DNA of 64,000 nucleotides from a bacterium (GTDB taxonomy: Bacteria; Electryoneota; Electryoneia; Electryoneales; Electryoneaceae): positions 800,001 through 864,000 of the forward strand of contig OY769902.1 in NCBI GenBank assembly GCA_963669175.1. The letters run 5' to 3'. Under the pieces are notes generated by a model. It worked only from the letters and a program-made list of their open reading frames with translations, was not told the DNA's origin and made no database searches. Positions 9,149-20,700 of this stretch are shown here, in pieces. A program made the position numbers and the translations under genes. The stretch's first letter is position 1. Each line of letters begins with the position of its first letter.

Positions 9149-10785
9149 GGTTTCTCCCGTTCCTGTTTACAAGTGGGAAACTGAAGCTGAAAACGTGCGC
9201 CACTATTATCAAGATTTTTTACGGTAATAGACCCTTTAAAATGTTCAACATACGTTTTTACGATTGCAAGCCCGAGTCCTGTTCCTTCTTCACTTTTTCG
9301 CGAAGAATAGAAGGGGTCGAATAGTTGGTCCGGGGGGGTGTCGCCCAATCCCGGGCCGTTGTCATCTACTTGCAGGAACAATGTTTCATCTTCTGTCCAG
9401 GCAGTTACCCGAATCCATTTGCCGGGGTTTGGTGAGATGTCCAGCGCACGCAGAGCGTTGGTCAACAGGTTCAAAACGATCTGCTCAAACTGTACCGGGT
9501 TGGCAAGAATATATACCGGCTGTACCGGGAGTTGGACATGAAGATTGACAAGATGGTTCTGAATTTGTTGTCCAAGAAACTCGATAGCGCCCTGAATCGC
9601 TTTGCCAATGGCTACCGGAACCAGGTCACCAGTTGAGGGTTCCACCCACATCAGGCGCATGTGCTTGATAATATCACTGATTCTCCCGGCCGCAGAGCGA
9701 ATGTCGCTGACGGTTTCAAAGACCTGCTGTTTCGGGATATTGTCGTTATTCTGGATAATCATTTGAAGCGTTTCAGAATTCAGCAAAAGGCCATTCAAAG
9801 GTTGGTTTATTTCGTGGGTTACTCCACCCGCAATAACCCCGATCGATGCAATTCGAGCTGCCTTCTGAAGGACTTCGGTTGCCTGTCTTTGTTTTTCTGC
9901 CTGCTTCTTCTCTTCGGTGATATCCTTGGATACCACAAGAACCATCATTTCCTCATATCCCGGCATCTGGATGGGTATGTAGGTTGTTTGGAAAGTGCGG
10001 GGTTGTTCCCAGAGGGGTGAAGCAAATGTTCGCTCGGGGATAAAATGGGAACGATTCGTATTCAATGCGACGTGGATTGACTGGAGAACCGTGCTGGTAA
10101 AACTCTCATCATTGGCCACCATGGTCCCGTCAATATTTTCAAGTTCGCTCAGAGGGTGGTTCAGATATGCAGAGAGAGTTTTATTCGCAAGAAGAATCCG
10201 TCCATTGCCGCTGGCAACAAAGATTAAATAGGGCACACTGTCAATCACGGTTCGGAGAAGAACACGATTACGACGTTGGTCCTCTTCCGCCTTCCTGCGA
10301 ATACGTATTTCATCCTGTAATGCCAAATTTGCCAGGCGTAATTCCGCTGTTTTCTGTTCCACTTCTTCAGCGAGCTCGTTTCTAAAGTTTTCTTCACGGC
10401 GGAGGTGGCCGGCGCGTTCAATAACGCGATCCAGGATATGCAACAGGATATTCATATCCACAATCGGTTTGACAAGATAATCCCACGCGCCGGCATTGAT
10501 GGCTTTCAGGGCATTACTGATGTCATTGGCGCCTGATATGACAATGATGGGGAGCAAGGGGTTGTCACTTGCAATATGTTCAATCAAGGAAAGGCCATCC
10601 ATCTTTGGCATCTGGAGGTCTGTGAGGATAATGTCCGGTTGCCGTTGACGGTAAAGCTCCAACCCTTCCTGCCCATTGCCAGCCTGGAAAACAGGGTAAT
10701 CATAGTCTTCCAGAAAATCACAGATAGTGATCCTGAAATCAGTTTCATCGTCCACGACCAGAACAGCAGGTTTTTTCACCGCCAT
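9145..10785 (-). CDS. Cytoplasmic hybrid histidine kinase (REC-PAS-HisKA-HATPase)
   Basis: N-terminal REC, PAS-like segment, THEINQPL H-box, NLLTNA, DDNGPG, GTGLGL. Confidence 0.92.
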   Translation of the reverse strand: MAVKKPAVLVVDDETDFRITICDFLEDYDYPVFQAGNGQEGLELYRQRQPDIILTDLQMPKMDGLSLIEHIASDNPLLPIIVISGANDISNALKAINAGAWDYLVKPIVDMNILLHILDRVIERAGHLRREENFRNELAEEVEQKTAELRLANLALQDEIRIRRKAEEDQRRNRVLLRTVIDSVPYLIFVASGNGRILLANKTLSAYLNHPLSELENIDGTMVANDESFTSTVLQSIHVALNTNRSHFIPERTFASPLWEQPRTFQTTYIPIQMPGYEEMMVLVVSKDITEEKKQAEKQRQATEVLQKAARIASIGVIAGGVTHEINQPLNGLLLNSETLQMIIQNNDNIPKQQVFETVSDIRSAAGRISDIIKHMRLMWVEPSTGDLVPVAIGKAIQGAIEFLGQQIQNHLVNLHVQLPVQPVYILANPVQFEQIVLNLLTNALRALDISPNPGKWIRVTAWTEDETLFLQVDDNGPGLGDTPPDQLFDPFYSSRKSEEGTGLGLAIVKTYVEHFKGSITVKNLDNSGARFQLQFPTCKQEREKP

Positions 10786-10946
10786 ACAGATTTCCCCCTC
10801 TCGATCCGGTCCACTAACCTATCCGCATTGTAGCGAAAAATACACTTTTTCAAAAGGCAAGACGAACAAATAATTGATGTATTCGATAACCGTAATTAAA
10901 ACAAAATAGAAAATTTTATTACTGAATACCACCGGATTTGATAATT

Positions 10947-11010
10947 GGCTCGTTTGCGCCGTTTGGCTCGTTTGCGCCGGCGCGGTCTGGCCACGTGGCC
11001 GAAAGCGGCC
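10947..11010. promoter_or_regulatory. Four 14-bp GGC-N8-GCC palindromes; candidate enhancer (UAS) for a sigma54 activator
   Basis: GGCTCGTTTGCGCC at 10947 and 10965, GGCGCGGTCTGGCC at 10979, GGCCGAAAGCGGCC at 10997; GC-rich island in AT-rich DNA upstream of a -24/-12 element. Confidence 0.6.
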
Positions 11011-11077
11011 AGTTTTTCTTTGGATTCACTACAACTCAACATATTATTTGTTAAACATTTACAGAAATTTTCAATTC

Positions 11078-11092
11078 TGGCATACCCGTTGC
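11078..11092 (+). promoter_or_regulatory. Sigma54 (-24/-12) promoter of the beta-barrel operon
   Basis: TGGCATACCCGTTGC = GG-N10-GC, preceded by an AT-rich spacer. Confidence 0.75.
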
Positions 11093-11156
11093 CTTCAGCG
11101 CGGCTGATAACGAAAGCCTCGATAACGGGGTTGGTCATTTTTCACAGGAGGGTAAC

Positions 11157-12479
11157 ATGTTTTTTCATCGTTGTACTACCACTTCTATTGCATTATTTGC
11201 AATCGTGGTCGTTTTAACGGGGCTGCTACCGCAGTCAGAAGCGCTGGCGTTTGGTGACGACATTCATGTTGGTGGTATGGTCAGTCAGGGATATTTGCAG
11301 ACGACAGAAAACAACTTTCTGATTGACGATTCCAAAGATGGTTCCTTTGAATTTCAGGAAGCGACGATTCATTTCATGGCGATGCCGGTTGATCGCCTGC
11401 GTATAGGCGTTCAGCTTTACGCTCGTGATTTCGGATCAGAAGGCAACACGGATGTTGTTCTTGACTGGGCATACGGCGACTATCGCTGGCGTGATTTCCT
11501 GGGTGTGCGTGCGGGAAGGATCAAGATGCCAATCGGTTTCTATAACAAGGTTCGTGATATTGATGTCGCGCGTACATCAATCCTGTTGCCGCAGAGTGTG
11601 TATACAGAAACCCAGCGGGATTTCGGTCTTGCTTATGAGGGTGTGAATGTCTACGGCAATCTCGGTCTTGGTGGCGGTGGCAGTGCAGACTACGAGGCCT
11701 TTTTTGGCACACTGAATGTACCGAACATGAACAGCATCTTCTGGCGTGATGCGATCCAGAACATTGCGGATGGTTATTCTGCCGGTGTTGTGGCAGGGCT
11801 TTCCGCGGCAACCGGCGCTCCAGCCAACTCGATTTCCACGTATTCAACCTCCAACAATTCAGCGGCCAGTTTTGATAATTTCTATGGCTACCAGATTGTA
11901 TGGAACACTCCCATCAACGGCCTTCGTCTTGGACATACCAACCTGACCGGTTCGGTGGAATTCGGAACGGATGTAACTGTGGATGCAGATGTGCCAACCG
12001 GAAACGCCGCCATGCCGATCATGGAATCATCCAATTCAACGGAAGTTCGTTCTGAAGTAGACATTCCTTATCTCGCTACTTTCTCCGTGGAATACATCTG
12101 GAACAAGCTGACAGTCGCGGCGGAATACAAAGAAAACCGTTACGAAACCAAAACGTATTTCGACAACACGCTGGCGAGTGAAAGTGTGGATGTGGGTGTC
12201 GGTTACTACGGGATGGTCGGATACCAGGTATTCAACTGGATGACACTTTCCACCTATTACTCTGAATTGTATCCGGACAACAGTGATCGTGACAGCTCGC
12301 ACCGTCAGTGGTTAAAGGATGCGGCATTTTCAACCCGTTTTGATCTGAACAGCAACTGGTTGTTGAAGCTAGAGCTTCACTCGATGAACGGCACTGGCAG
12401 CCTTTCAAGGCTTCAGAATCCTGACGGTTTCGAAGAATCCTGGATGCTGTATGCAGCCAAAGCAACCTACCGCTTTTAA
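11157..12479 (+). CDS. Outer-membrane beta-barrel (porin-like) protein
   Basis: Signal peptide, amphipathic strands, VLDWAYGDYR...VRAGRIKMPIGFYN motif, C-terminal ATYRF. Confidence 0.8.
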   Translation: MFFHRCTTTSIALFAIVVVLTGLLPQSEALAFGDDIHVGGMVSQGYLQTTENNFLIDDSKDGSFEFQEATIHFMAMPVDRLRIGVQLYARDFGSEGNTDVVLDWAYGDYRWRDFLGVRAGRIKMPIGFYNKVRDIDVARTSILLPQSVYTETQRDFGLAYEGVNVYGNLGLGGGGSADYEAFFGTLNVPNMNSIFWRDAIQNIADGYSAGVVAGLSAATGAPANSISTYSTSNNSAASFDNFYGYQIVWNTPINGLRLGHTNLTGSVEFGTDVTVDADVPTGNAAMPIMESSNSTEVRSEVDIPYLATFSVEYIWNKLTVAAEYKENRYETKTYFDNTLASESVDVGVGYYGMVGYQVFNWMTLSTYYSELYPDNSDRDSSHRQWLKDAAFSTRFDLNSNWLLKLELHSMNGTGSLSRLQNPDGFEESWMLYAAKATYRF

Positions 12480-12505
12480 TCCGGATTTCCGAGGAGGATT
12501 TTACC

Positions 12506-12928
12506 ATGCGTAACGCATTTTCGATACTTGTATTGTTTTCCCTTCTGGTTATGGCAGTCGCAGCCCATGCGGGCGGTATCCAGATCATCGTGAACAGTAG
12601 TGTTCCGGATCTGGCTATTGACAAGGCTACCATCGGGAATATCTACCACGGCAAAAAGACCAGTTGGAGCAACGGTGCGAAGATTGTCCCGATCATGCTG
12701 AAAAGCGGCGCCGTACATGAAGATTTTGTAGCAAACATCCTGGGCAAAACTACTTCACAGTTCAACAATTTCTGGACCCAGGCCATGTTTACCGGTCAGG
12801 GTATTCCCCCGCAGACAGTAAACAGCGATGCGGAAGTGGTACAGTTTGTAAACAACACTCCGGGTGCAATCGGCTATGTTGCTGCAGGTACTGATATAGG
12901 TAGCGCAAAAAAGGTAACCGTGCAGTAA
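12506..12928 (+). CDS. Small single-domain periplasmic binding-protein-like protein (PstS-like PBP fold)
   Basis: Signal peptide; IIVN...IYHGKKTSW...[14 protein letters not shown]...[16 protein letters not shown]. Confidence 0.78.
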   Translation: MRNAFSILVLFSLLVMAVAAHAGGIQIIVNSSVPDLAIDKATIGNIYHGKKTSWSNGAKIVPIMLKSGAVHEDFVANILGKTTSQFNNFWTQAMFTGQGIPPQTVNSDAEVVQFVNNTPGAIGYVAAGTDIGSAKKVTVQ

Positions 12929-12962
12929 GACTGTCGTACCCTTGGAAAGAGTGAGGCTTGTC

Positions 12963-15335
12963 ATGAAGATTCGTCATAAGATACTTGGGATTCCGGCGCT
13001 TGCGGCAACCGCTTTTCTGGTAATCTTCCTTATTACCATGATTGGTGGCAGCAAGAATGCCCAGGTTCTTGAAGAGATAGAAACAGTTCATGTTCAGAAG
13101 ATGGCCCTGGTGTACAAAATCCAGGAAGAAGTCACAAAGATTCGCACCAAGTTGCAGAATGCGGCGCAATCTGCGGACATGGACCAAGTCAACCAGGCAG
13201 ATGAAGTAAGCCAGGGATTGGCGGTGCATTTCAAGCAGCTTGAAAATCTGGAAAACGAGGAAAAGGCCGTAATTGTTGATTTGCATAAATCCTACCAGGA
13301 ATACTATGCGCTGGCGCGTTCCACAACGCAGAAGTTCATCAACAATGAAGTATCTGCCGACCTTTTTGCCAATGTTCAACGGATGAACCAGATCTATGCC
13401 GGTGTTGTCGAGCAGCTTGGTCAGACTATTGCCAGCCAGGAACAGCAACTTGGGCGGGCTTTTGATACGGCACAGAGTGATTTTGCACGTTCCAGAAGCA
13501 CACTGATGGTTGTGGGAATTGGCTCTCTGTTGCTGGCGGCCCTGGCAGTGTTTGGCGGCTTCTGGCTGGGACGGACCATTGGTATGGGAATCGAGCTTAT
13601 CGCTGCCGGAGCACGCCGTTTTGCGGTGGGTGATGTTGTGCTGGCAGACATGGACCAGGCCGCTATTCATCGCCTGGATTCACGAAAGGATGAGCTTGGC
13701 GACGTCAGCCACGCCTTCTTCGAGTTGATCGAACAGACCAAGGCGAAGATAGAAGTGGCAGACGCTATCAGCCGTGGCGACCTGTCTGTAAACTTCCAAC
13801 CGGCCTCAAAGGAAGACTCGCTTGGTCATGCCATGGTGCGCATGCAGGCGACATTAAACGCGCTGATTGACAATATGGTCACCATGCACGACAAGCAGAA
13901 AGCCGGTGATATCGAGTACCTGATTGATGCGGGCAAGTTTGAAGGCGCGTACAACAAGGTGGCCGAAGGCTTCAACGCTACAGTTCAGATTCACATCGAT
14001 GCTGTTCTGACCATGTTAAACCTGCTGGGTGAGTATTCTGAAGGCGACCTGACCAATGTCTGTCCCACTTTCCCGGGCAAGCAGATAATTGCGACAGAAC
14101 GGTTCAACAAAATGCGCGACAATCTGAAGGCTGTCGTGGACGATCTTCGTGCGCTGGTTGATGCCGCCCTGGACGGTCACCTCAATGAACGTGCTGATGC
14201 AAAGCGTCACCTGGGAGCCTTCCAGGATATCGTTGAAGGTGTCAACCAGACATTGGAAGCGGTTGTCCGTCCGGTGCAGGAAGCCAATGACGTGATCGGC
14301 CACCTGGCGGAAGGTGACCTGAGTGTCAAGGTTATGGGTGATTACAAGGGTGATCACGCCATGATCAAGCAGGCGCTGAACACAACCATTGATTCCCTGA
14401 ACGATATCATCGGCCAGGTGCGAATTGCTGCCGAAGAAGTCCTCAGTGGAGCTCAGCAGGTTTCTGATTCCAGCCAGTCCCTGTCGGAAGGGGCTACGGA
14501 ACAGGCCGGTTCATTGCAGGAAGTCACCTCGTCTGTCACCCAGATCGGCAGCCAGACTCGTCAGAACGCAGACAACGCGAAGCAGGCCGAACATCTTGCC
14601 TCCCAGGCGAAGAGCAGCGCGGACATGGGGAACCAGAGCATGAAGCAGATGCTCCAGGCTATGCAGGATATCAATGCGTCATCCGCAGAAATCTCCAAGA
14701 TCATCAAGGTGATCGACGAGATAGCTTTCCAGACCAACCTGCTGGCTCTGAACGCGGCGGTTGAAGCAGCGCGTGCCGGTGTTCACGGCAAGGGATTCGC
14801 GGTAGTTGCGGATGAAGTGCGTAACTTGGCGCAACGTAGCGCCCAGGCAGCCAAAGAGACCACGGAACTGATCGAAGGGTCTGTGAACCGGATCGAAAAC
14901 GGTTCCGCTGTAGCAGACCAGACAGCAGAAGCGCTCAACGAAATCATCTCCGGAATTACCAAGGTTAATGACCTGGTAATGGAGATCGCTTCAGCATCCA
15001 ACGAACAAACAGTTGCCATTGACCAGATCAGCAACGCACTGGAACAGATTGACAGTGTTACCCAGGCAAACACATCCAACGCTGAAGAAGGCGCATCCGC
15101 ATCGGAAGAATTGTCCTCGCAAGCTCAGGATTTGAAAAAAATGGTCAGCCAGTTCAGGCTGGATGATGACCAGGAATATGCGTCTGCCAGGTCTTTTTCT
15201 GGATCGCCGAAAGCAAGTAGGGGTAAAACTGCTCCAAAGCGGCTTTCAGGTTGGAACAGTGCACAAAGCAAGCCAACTGAAGTTGCTCCCAACGAAGTTA
15301 TCAATCTCTCGGACGACGATTTTGCGGATTTCTAG
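12963..15335 (+). CDS. Methyl-accepting chemotaxis protein (periplasmic 4-helix-type sensor, poly-HAMP, C-terminal pentapeptide DFADF)
   Basis: Two TM segments; [40 protein letters not shown] hairpin tip. Confidence 0.95.
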   Translation: MKIRHKILGIPALAATAFLVIFLITMIGGSKNAQVLEEIETVHVQKMALVYKIQEEVTKIRTKLQNAAQSADMDQVNQADEVSQGLAVHFKQLENLENEEKAVIVDLHKSYQEYYALARSTTQKFINNEVSADLFANVQRMNQIYAGVVEQLGQTIASQEQQLGRAFDTAQSDFARSRSTLMVVGIGSLLLAALAVFGGFWLGRTIGMGIELIAAGARRFAVGDVVLADMDQAAIHRLDSRKDELGDVSHAFFELIEQTKAKIEVADAISRGDLSVNFQPASKEDSLGHAMVRMQATLNALIDNMVTMHDKQKAGDIEYLIDAGKFEGAYNKVAEGFNATVQIHIDAVLTMLNLLGEYSEGDLTNVCPTFPGKQIIATERFNKMRDNLKAVVDDLRALVDAALDGHLNERADAKRHLGAFQDIVEGVNQTLEAVVRPVQEANDVIGHLAEGDLSVKVMGDYKGDHAMIKQALNTTIDSLNDIIGQVRIAAEEVLSGAQQVSDSSQSLSEGATEQAGSLQEVTSSVTQIGSQTRQNADNAKQAEHLASQAKSSADMGNQSMKQMLQAMQDINASSAEISKIIKVIDEIAFQTNLLALNAAVEAARAGVHGKGFAVVADEVRNLAQRSAQAAKETTELIEGSVNRIENGSAVADQTAEALNEIISGITKVNDLVMEIASASNEQTVAIDQISNALEQIDSVTQANTSNAEEGASASEELSSQAQDLKKMVSQFRLDDDQEYASARSFSGSPKASRGKTAPKRLSGWNSAQSKPTEVAPNEVINLSDDDFADF

Positions 15336-15408
15336 GTAATACATTTCCATGACAAGCCCACTCTTTTCCGGGCATCCGTAGTACCCTTTGAAGCAAGAGG
15401 TAGTAGTC

Positions 15409-17382
15409 ATGCAGGACAGGCAAGTAAAAGTGTTGATCATAGACGATGAAGAAGACTTACGCGTCAATATTCGGGATTTTCTCGAGGACAGCGACTACAT
15501 CGTATATGATGCTGAAGATGGTTTCAAAGGGTTGGAATTATTCAAAACATTTCAGCCGGATGTTGTTTTGAGCGATATACGGATGCCCGGAATTGACGGG
15601 TTATCCCTGCTGGAGTCCATTGTGGACATCTCTCCCGAAACCCCGGTTATTATGGTGTCGGGCATTGGAGATATAAAACAGGCAACCAGCACGATCAAAC
15701 TGGGCGCCTGGGATTACCTGGTCAAACCGATTGAAGATATGCATGATCTGGAGAAGGCAATCCAGAACGCATTACAAAAAGCCGCCAAACTTCACGAAAA
15801 ACACCATTCCCTGAAGCGCGTGAACGAACAGATCAACCTGCATGACCGTTTTCTGGCTCTGGAAAACAGGATGATCCAATTCGACAGTTTTGTCTCGTCA
15901 TCAGAAGACGCAATTCTTACCGTTTTTAATGATAAGGTAGCCACGGTTAATCCACAGGCGGTTGAAAAACTGCAATGCAATGGTGATACGCTGGTCAACC
16001 AGTCTGTTTCAGACGTGGGGTTCAAGCTGTCTGACGGCAATACGATCACTCTGGCTACCTTGCTGAAGCTTGCAGCCAAAAGCAACCAGTTTATAGACCT
16101 TGATTTTATTGATTGCTCGGGAAAACGAGTATCTGCTGAAATCCAGATAGTCGATATTCTGACCCCGGTGATTGATCAGCAACAACTTGTTATTATTCGT
16201 AATGTCACAGATAGAAAACAGCTGGAGCGTCAACTTCAACAGGCTCAACGTCTGGAGGCGATTGCACGTCTGGCTGGTGGGGTGGCGCATGATTTTAACA
16301 ATTTACTGACTGCCATATCCGGTAATGCCGAATTGACAAAGATAAACCTTCCCAACAATCATCCAGCGCTGACTTCTGTTGAGGAAATCCTGAAAACAAC
16401 AGAACGCGCCGGAAACCTGACCCGCCAATTGCTGACATATAGTCGCAACAAACCAGTTGAGCCTAAAATATTGAATATTAATAATATTGCATTAGATTTA
16501 AACAAAATGTTGACCAGGATTATCGGTGAAGATGTTCGTTTCACAACCCAACTGTATGCACAGCCTCTTTATACAAAAGCGGATCCCACACACTTGGAAC
16601 AGATCATTCTTAACCTTTGTGTGAATGCTCGAGACGCCATGCCGGAAGGGGGGCAGATTACCCTGCAAACCTATCCATGCGCCGGATGCGACGAGCGCAA
16701 ACTGTCCCACTTGTCCCTGGTTAAGGGGGCATACATCTGTATTAGTGTAGTAGATGAAGGAGTTGGCATTGATCAGGAAACCATGAAGAAAATATTTGAC
16801 CCCTTCTTTACCACAAAACCACAGGACAAGGGGACAGGTCTTGGGCTTGCAAATGTCTACAGTATCGTTACCCAGGCAGGAGGGGGAATAGATGTGGTCA
16901 GTGAGCCCGGCAAAGGTTCAGCTTTCACCATATATCTCCCGGATTTCTCTGATGCACGGGAAATTTCTGTACACAAAGAAGCAAAAATCCCGGATGTGAC
17001 AGGATCAGAAACCATCCTGATGGTTGAAGATGACGAGGACATTCTTAATATAACCAACCGTCTGCTGGAAAATAACGGCTATAAAGTACTTGCCTATTCC
17101 ACTCCTCAGGAAGCAATAAAGGATGTCACAGAGAAGAAAATGAAGTTTGATTTATTGATTACAGATGTGGTTATGGAAGGGTTGAACGGAATGCGATTAT
17201 CCGAAGAATTGCGAAAGCATTTTCCGAACATGCGAGTCATTTATATTTCAGGTTATTCTGGAGACAGTCTTCAAGGGTTGGATATTGATATTGCCGGCTC
17301 ATCATTTATGCAAAAGCCGTTTCGTCTACAGGCGCTTCTGGATGAAGTACGGAAAATTCTGGATATGAAGCTTATTCCATAA
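15409..17382 (+). CDS. Hybrid histidine kinase (REC-PAS-HisKA-HATPase-REC)
   Basis: AHDFNNLL, NLCVNARDAM, KGTGLGL; receiver domains at both ends. Confidence 0.92.
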   Translation: MQDRQVKVLIIDDEEDLRVNIRDFLEDSDYIVYDAEDGFKGLELFKTFQPDVVLSDIRMPGIDGLSLLESIVDISPETPVIMVSGIGDIKQATSTIKLGAWDYLVKPIEDMHDLEKAIQNALQKAAKLHEKHHSLKRVNEQINLHDRFLALENRMIQFDSFVSSSEDAILTVFNDKVATVNPQAVEKLQCNGDTLVNQSVSDVGFKLSDGNTITLATLLKLAAKSNQFIDLDFIDCSGKRVSAEIQIVDILTPVIDQQQLVIIRNVTDRKQLERQLQQAQRLEAIARLAGGVAHDFNNLLTAISGNAELTKINLPNNHPALTSVEEILKTTERAGNLTRQLLTYSRNKPVEPKILNINNIALDLNKMLTRIIGEDVRFTTQLYAQPLYTKADPTHLEQIILNLCVNARDAMPEGGQITLQTYPCAGCDERKLSHLSLVKGAYICISVVDEGVGIDQETMKKIFDPFFTTKPQDKGTGLGLANVYSIVTQAGGGIDVVSEPGKGSAFTIYLPDFSDAREISVHKEAKIPDVTGSETILMVEDDEDILNITNRLLENNGYKVLAYSTPQEAIKDVTEKKMKFDLLITDVVMEGLNGMRLSEELRKHFPNMRVIYISGYSGDSLQGLDIDIAGSSFMQKPFRLQALLDEVRKILDMKLIP

Positions 17383-17411
17383 TGGCAGGTTATTTCATAA
17401 AAGACCCCAGA

Positions 17412-17795
17412 TTACTGCGGGGAAACTGCTGTCAGGATAGCGTCACGCAGGACCGACATGTCCTCGAGTGGTTTGGTAAATACATGATTCGGGGTCAGCC
17501 CGATTTCCTGCAAGTCTGCCGGAACGGAATAGGCTGTTGATCCCGTATGAACAAAAAAGACCAGGTCAGGAAATACTGCGCTGGCCCTTCTGATAAATTC
17601 ATTGCCATCCATACCGGGAAGCCGCATATCAACAATGCACGCGTCCACATGTTTGACGTGCAAAATATCCAGCGCGATTGCGGCGTTCGGGCATAGAACA
17701 GTATCGAACCCTTCATCCTCAAAGTAGTCACCCAGGCTGCGACGAACATCTTCTTCGTCATCAAGAATCAAAACCCGACAGGGTGTACTTGCCAT
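17412..17795 (-). CDS. Single-domain response regulator
   Basis: LILDDE, IVDMRLPGMDG, FTKP. Confidence 0.88.
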   Translation of the reverse strand: MASTPCRVLILDDEEDVRRSLGDYFEDEGFDTVLCPNAAIALDILHVKHVDACIVDMRLPGMDGNEFIRRASAVFPDLVFFVHTGSTAYSVPADLQEIGLTPNHVFTKPLEDMSVLRDAILTAVSPQ

Positions 17796-20700
17796 CAGTT
17801 TACCTCCAGAGGTAAGTATACAGAAAATGTTGTTCCCTCTCCCGGTTGTGATTCAACTTCAAGTCGACCTTTATGGTTATCTGTGATGATAAAGTACGAA
17901 ACAGATAAACCAAGTCCGGTGCCTTCTCCAACCGGTTTGGTGGTAAAGAATGGCTCAAATACTTTCCTGCGTGCCTCTTCAGATATCCCCGGTCCATTAT
18001 CAGCAATATCAATCCGAACAAAAGGAGCGTCAAAACTGGTCCTGATGGCGATGTGTGCCTTTCTTGTCATTTCACTGTTGGCGATTGCCTGGGCGGCATT
18101 CTTAATGATATTAAGGAAAACTTGTTGAATTTTCTGTCGTTCACAAACAACTCCGGGTAAATCCTCCTCGAATTCATAGACAACCTCAATATTTCTGAAA
18201 TCGTATTTTTTCTTCAGGTCATAATCGTTGGCAGCCAGTTCTACCGTTTCAGTCAGCAACTGTGGTATTACAACAGTAGTAAATGATGCGTCGCTTTTTC
18301 GGCTGAAACTCAGCATGTTCCGGACGATATCCGAAGATCGCAACCCAGCTCGTCGGATATTGTCGATGTACCTGTACAATCCCCGGTTCTCCAGGTAGGC
18401 TTTTACCTGTAAAAGGTCAATCCCCATTTCTTCTGCTACCTGGATGTTTTTAGGGAGGTCCGGGGAAGTACGACGTTCCATATTTTGAATACTTTGCAGA
18501 ATAATGCCGAGCGGATTGTTTATCTCGTGCGCAAGCCCCGCAGCCAATCCACCAACAGACATCATTTTTTCGGTCTGAATCATCATTTCTTCGAGTCGAA
18601 CACGTTCTGTAACATCATCCAGCCGAATAACAGCTCCGTCTATACCACTGGAAATGAGTGGATATACAGTTGTATTAACAACCCTGTCACCCTTGCTTCC
18701 AAGCAGTTTGGTTTTCGATTCGAAAATCGGTTCATGATTTTCCAGGGCCAACATCATTTTTTCAATTATTCTGCTGTTCTCCGGGAATATATCTGAGAGT
18801 TTCTTGTTTCTTACTTCATGTTCTTCCTTGTCGAGCAACCGTTCTGCTTCCCGGTTCCACTGGGTGATGTAGCCATTTTCATCCAGGCCGATAATCGCAG
18901 ACGGCATAGAGTCTACAATATTGCTCAGGTAGTTTCTTAATTTTCTGAGCTCTATCTCGCTCTGTTTTCTTTCCGTGATGTCGTTCAGCGAGGTCATAAT
19001 CATCTTGATGTTGCTTTCCGGGGCTTGGATTGGCGCAGCAATGACATCCATCCACATCTTGGTGCCATTGGGCATGATGTAGGGCCATTCATCCCTGTAG
19101 CCACTGATAGTGCCCTCCATCATGTCGTGATATATTTTCTTCCTCCTTTCAAGTTCGATGGGAGGGGTAAAATCATATATGTTCTTTTGCATCATCTCTT
19201 CATAGCCTAATCCGGCCCACTGAAGAACCGTATTATTCACATCGAAAAATGTATTCCTGGTGTCATGAAGTACTATGCCAAGAGCAGAGCTGTTAAAGAT
19301 GGTTCTGAATTTGGATTCGCTGTTGACAATTTCCTCGTGATGAACACGGTTGACATGTGCATTGATCAGAATGAAGGCAACAGTTTTCAGGAAACTGATT
19401 TCTTCATCGGTCCAGACACGTCCCCTTTCGGCTGTAGCAACCCCCATAAACCCAAATACTTTTCCCCGCAGTTCCATGGGTATATCCAACATGGAGCCAA
19501 CACCAATACCGCTGAAAAAGGTGTATCCCTTCGGGTTGGCATCCTTGATTTCTTGAATATCGCTTGTCGGTTTTACACGGTTGTCGAGCAAACCGGCAAT
19601 CCAATCCTCAGCCATTTCTATCGGAAAATCCTGATCGGTTTCGAAATCCATGTGGATAGCATCATTCTTCCAGAAATGGGTCAGTCTAATTCGGCGGTTT
19701 TCATCTTTGAAGTGGAAGAGGTAACAAGCGTCCACTTCAAGCAGCGCTGCCACCTGCGAAAGAGCCTCATCCATGCTGTCGTCATATTCTTCAGGATCAA
19801 CATTCAGGAAGCGAAGTGTGATATTCGAAAACAGGCTTTCTTCATCACGCCTGCGTCGAAGCTCTCTTTCCAACCTTACATGATGGCTTACATCACGGAC
19901 AATGGCTTGCAGAAAAGCTTCGTCTTTGATCTCGAACCTGTTCAGACTGACTTCGGCATCGAAGGGGATTCCAGCAAAGGTACAATGGGTCCAGGCAAAT
20001 ACCTGGGGGCCATCATGGTATGCTTTCTGGATGTAATGTCTTGATTTTTCAACAGAATTTGTGCCGTCATTCTGGGTTGGGGGGGAGAATCTGAAAGGAG
20101 ACTGATCCACAATATCTTCACGTGTACATTCAAACAGATCGAGGGTTTTCTGGTTGCAGTCAATAAATTTATCGTCCTGCATGATGAAAATTGCGTCATT
20201 TGCTGACTCGAACAGGGTCCGGAACCTGTTTTCACTTTCGAGAACACGTTGTTCTGCAAGGTAGCGTTCGGTAATCTCACGTGCCGAAACAACAACATAA
20301 ATGACATCGTTGTTATCGTCGAGAATCGGATATACAGCATTTTCGGTAACATGCAGAGTGCCACGATTGTCGGTTTCAACAGCAGTAAACGAATTTTTAA
20401 TTCCACCCGCAGCCAGTTTGACGGCTCTTTCTGCCTGGGTTGCGTATTCCGGATCTGGCCAGATTGTCGCATCCCAGAATTTCATGTCTTCATGGTTAAT
20501 ACCATGCGAGTCAAAAAGATCTCCAATGTTTTTGTTATGGTCAACGATGTAACCATCAACAGATAATAAAAAATTGAACAGCGCAGAGTGGTCGAAAATT
20601 GCACGGAAAATATTTGCTTTCTCCCTGGCTGCCAGCTCATTCTTTTTCAGATCTGTAATGTCCCTGCCTTCGGGGATCAGGTATAGAATGTTTCCGCTAT

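Noticed and set aside
10945-10980. 18-bp tandem duplication as mini-CRISPR or part of ORFs 10896-11138 and 10945-11217
   Set aside because: Only two adjacent units with no spacer; fits activator binding sites upstream of a sigma54 promoter
12506-12928. pstS / phosphate ABC transporter
   Set aside because: Less than half the length of PstS and no pstCAB nearby
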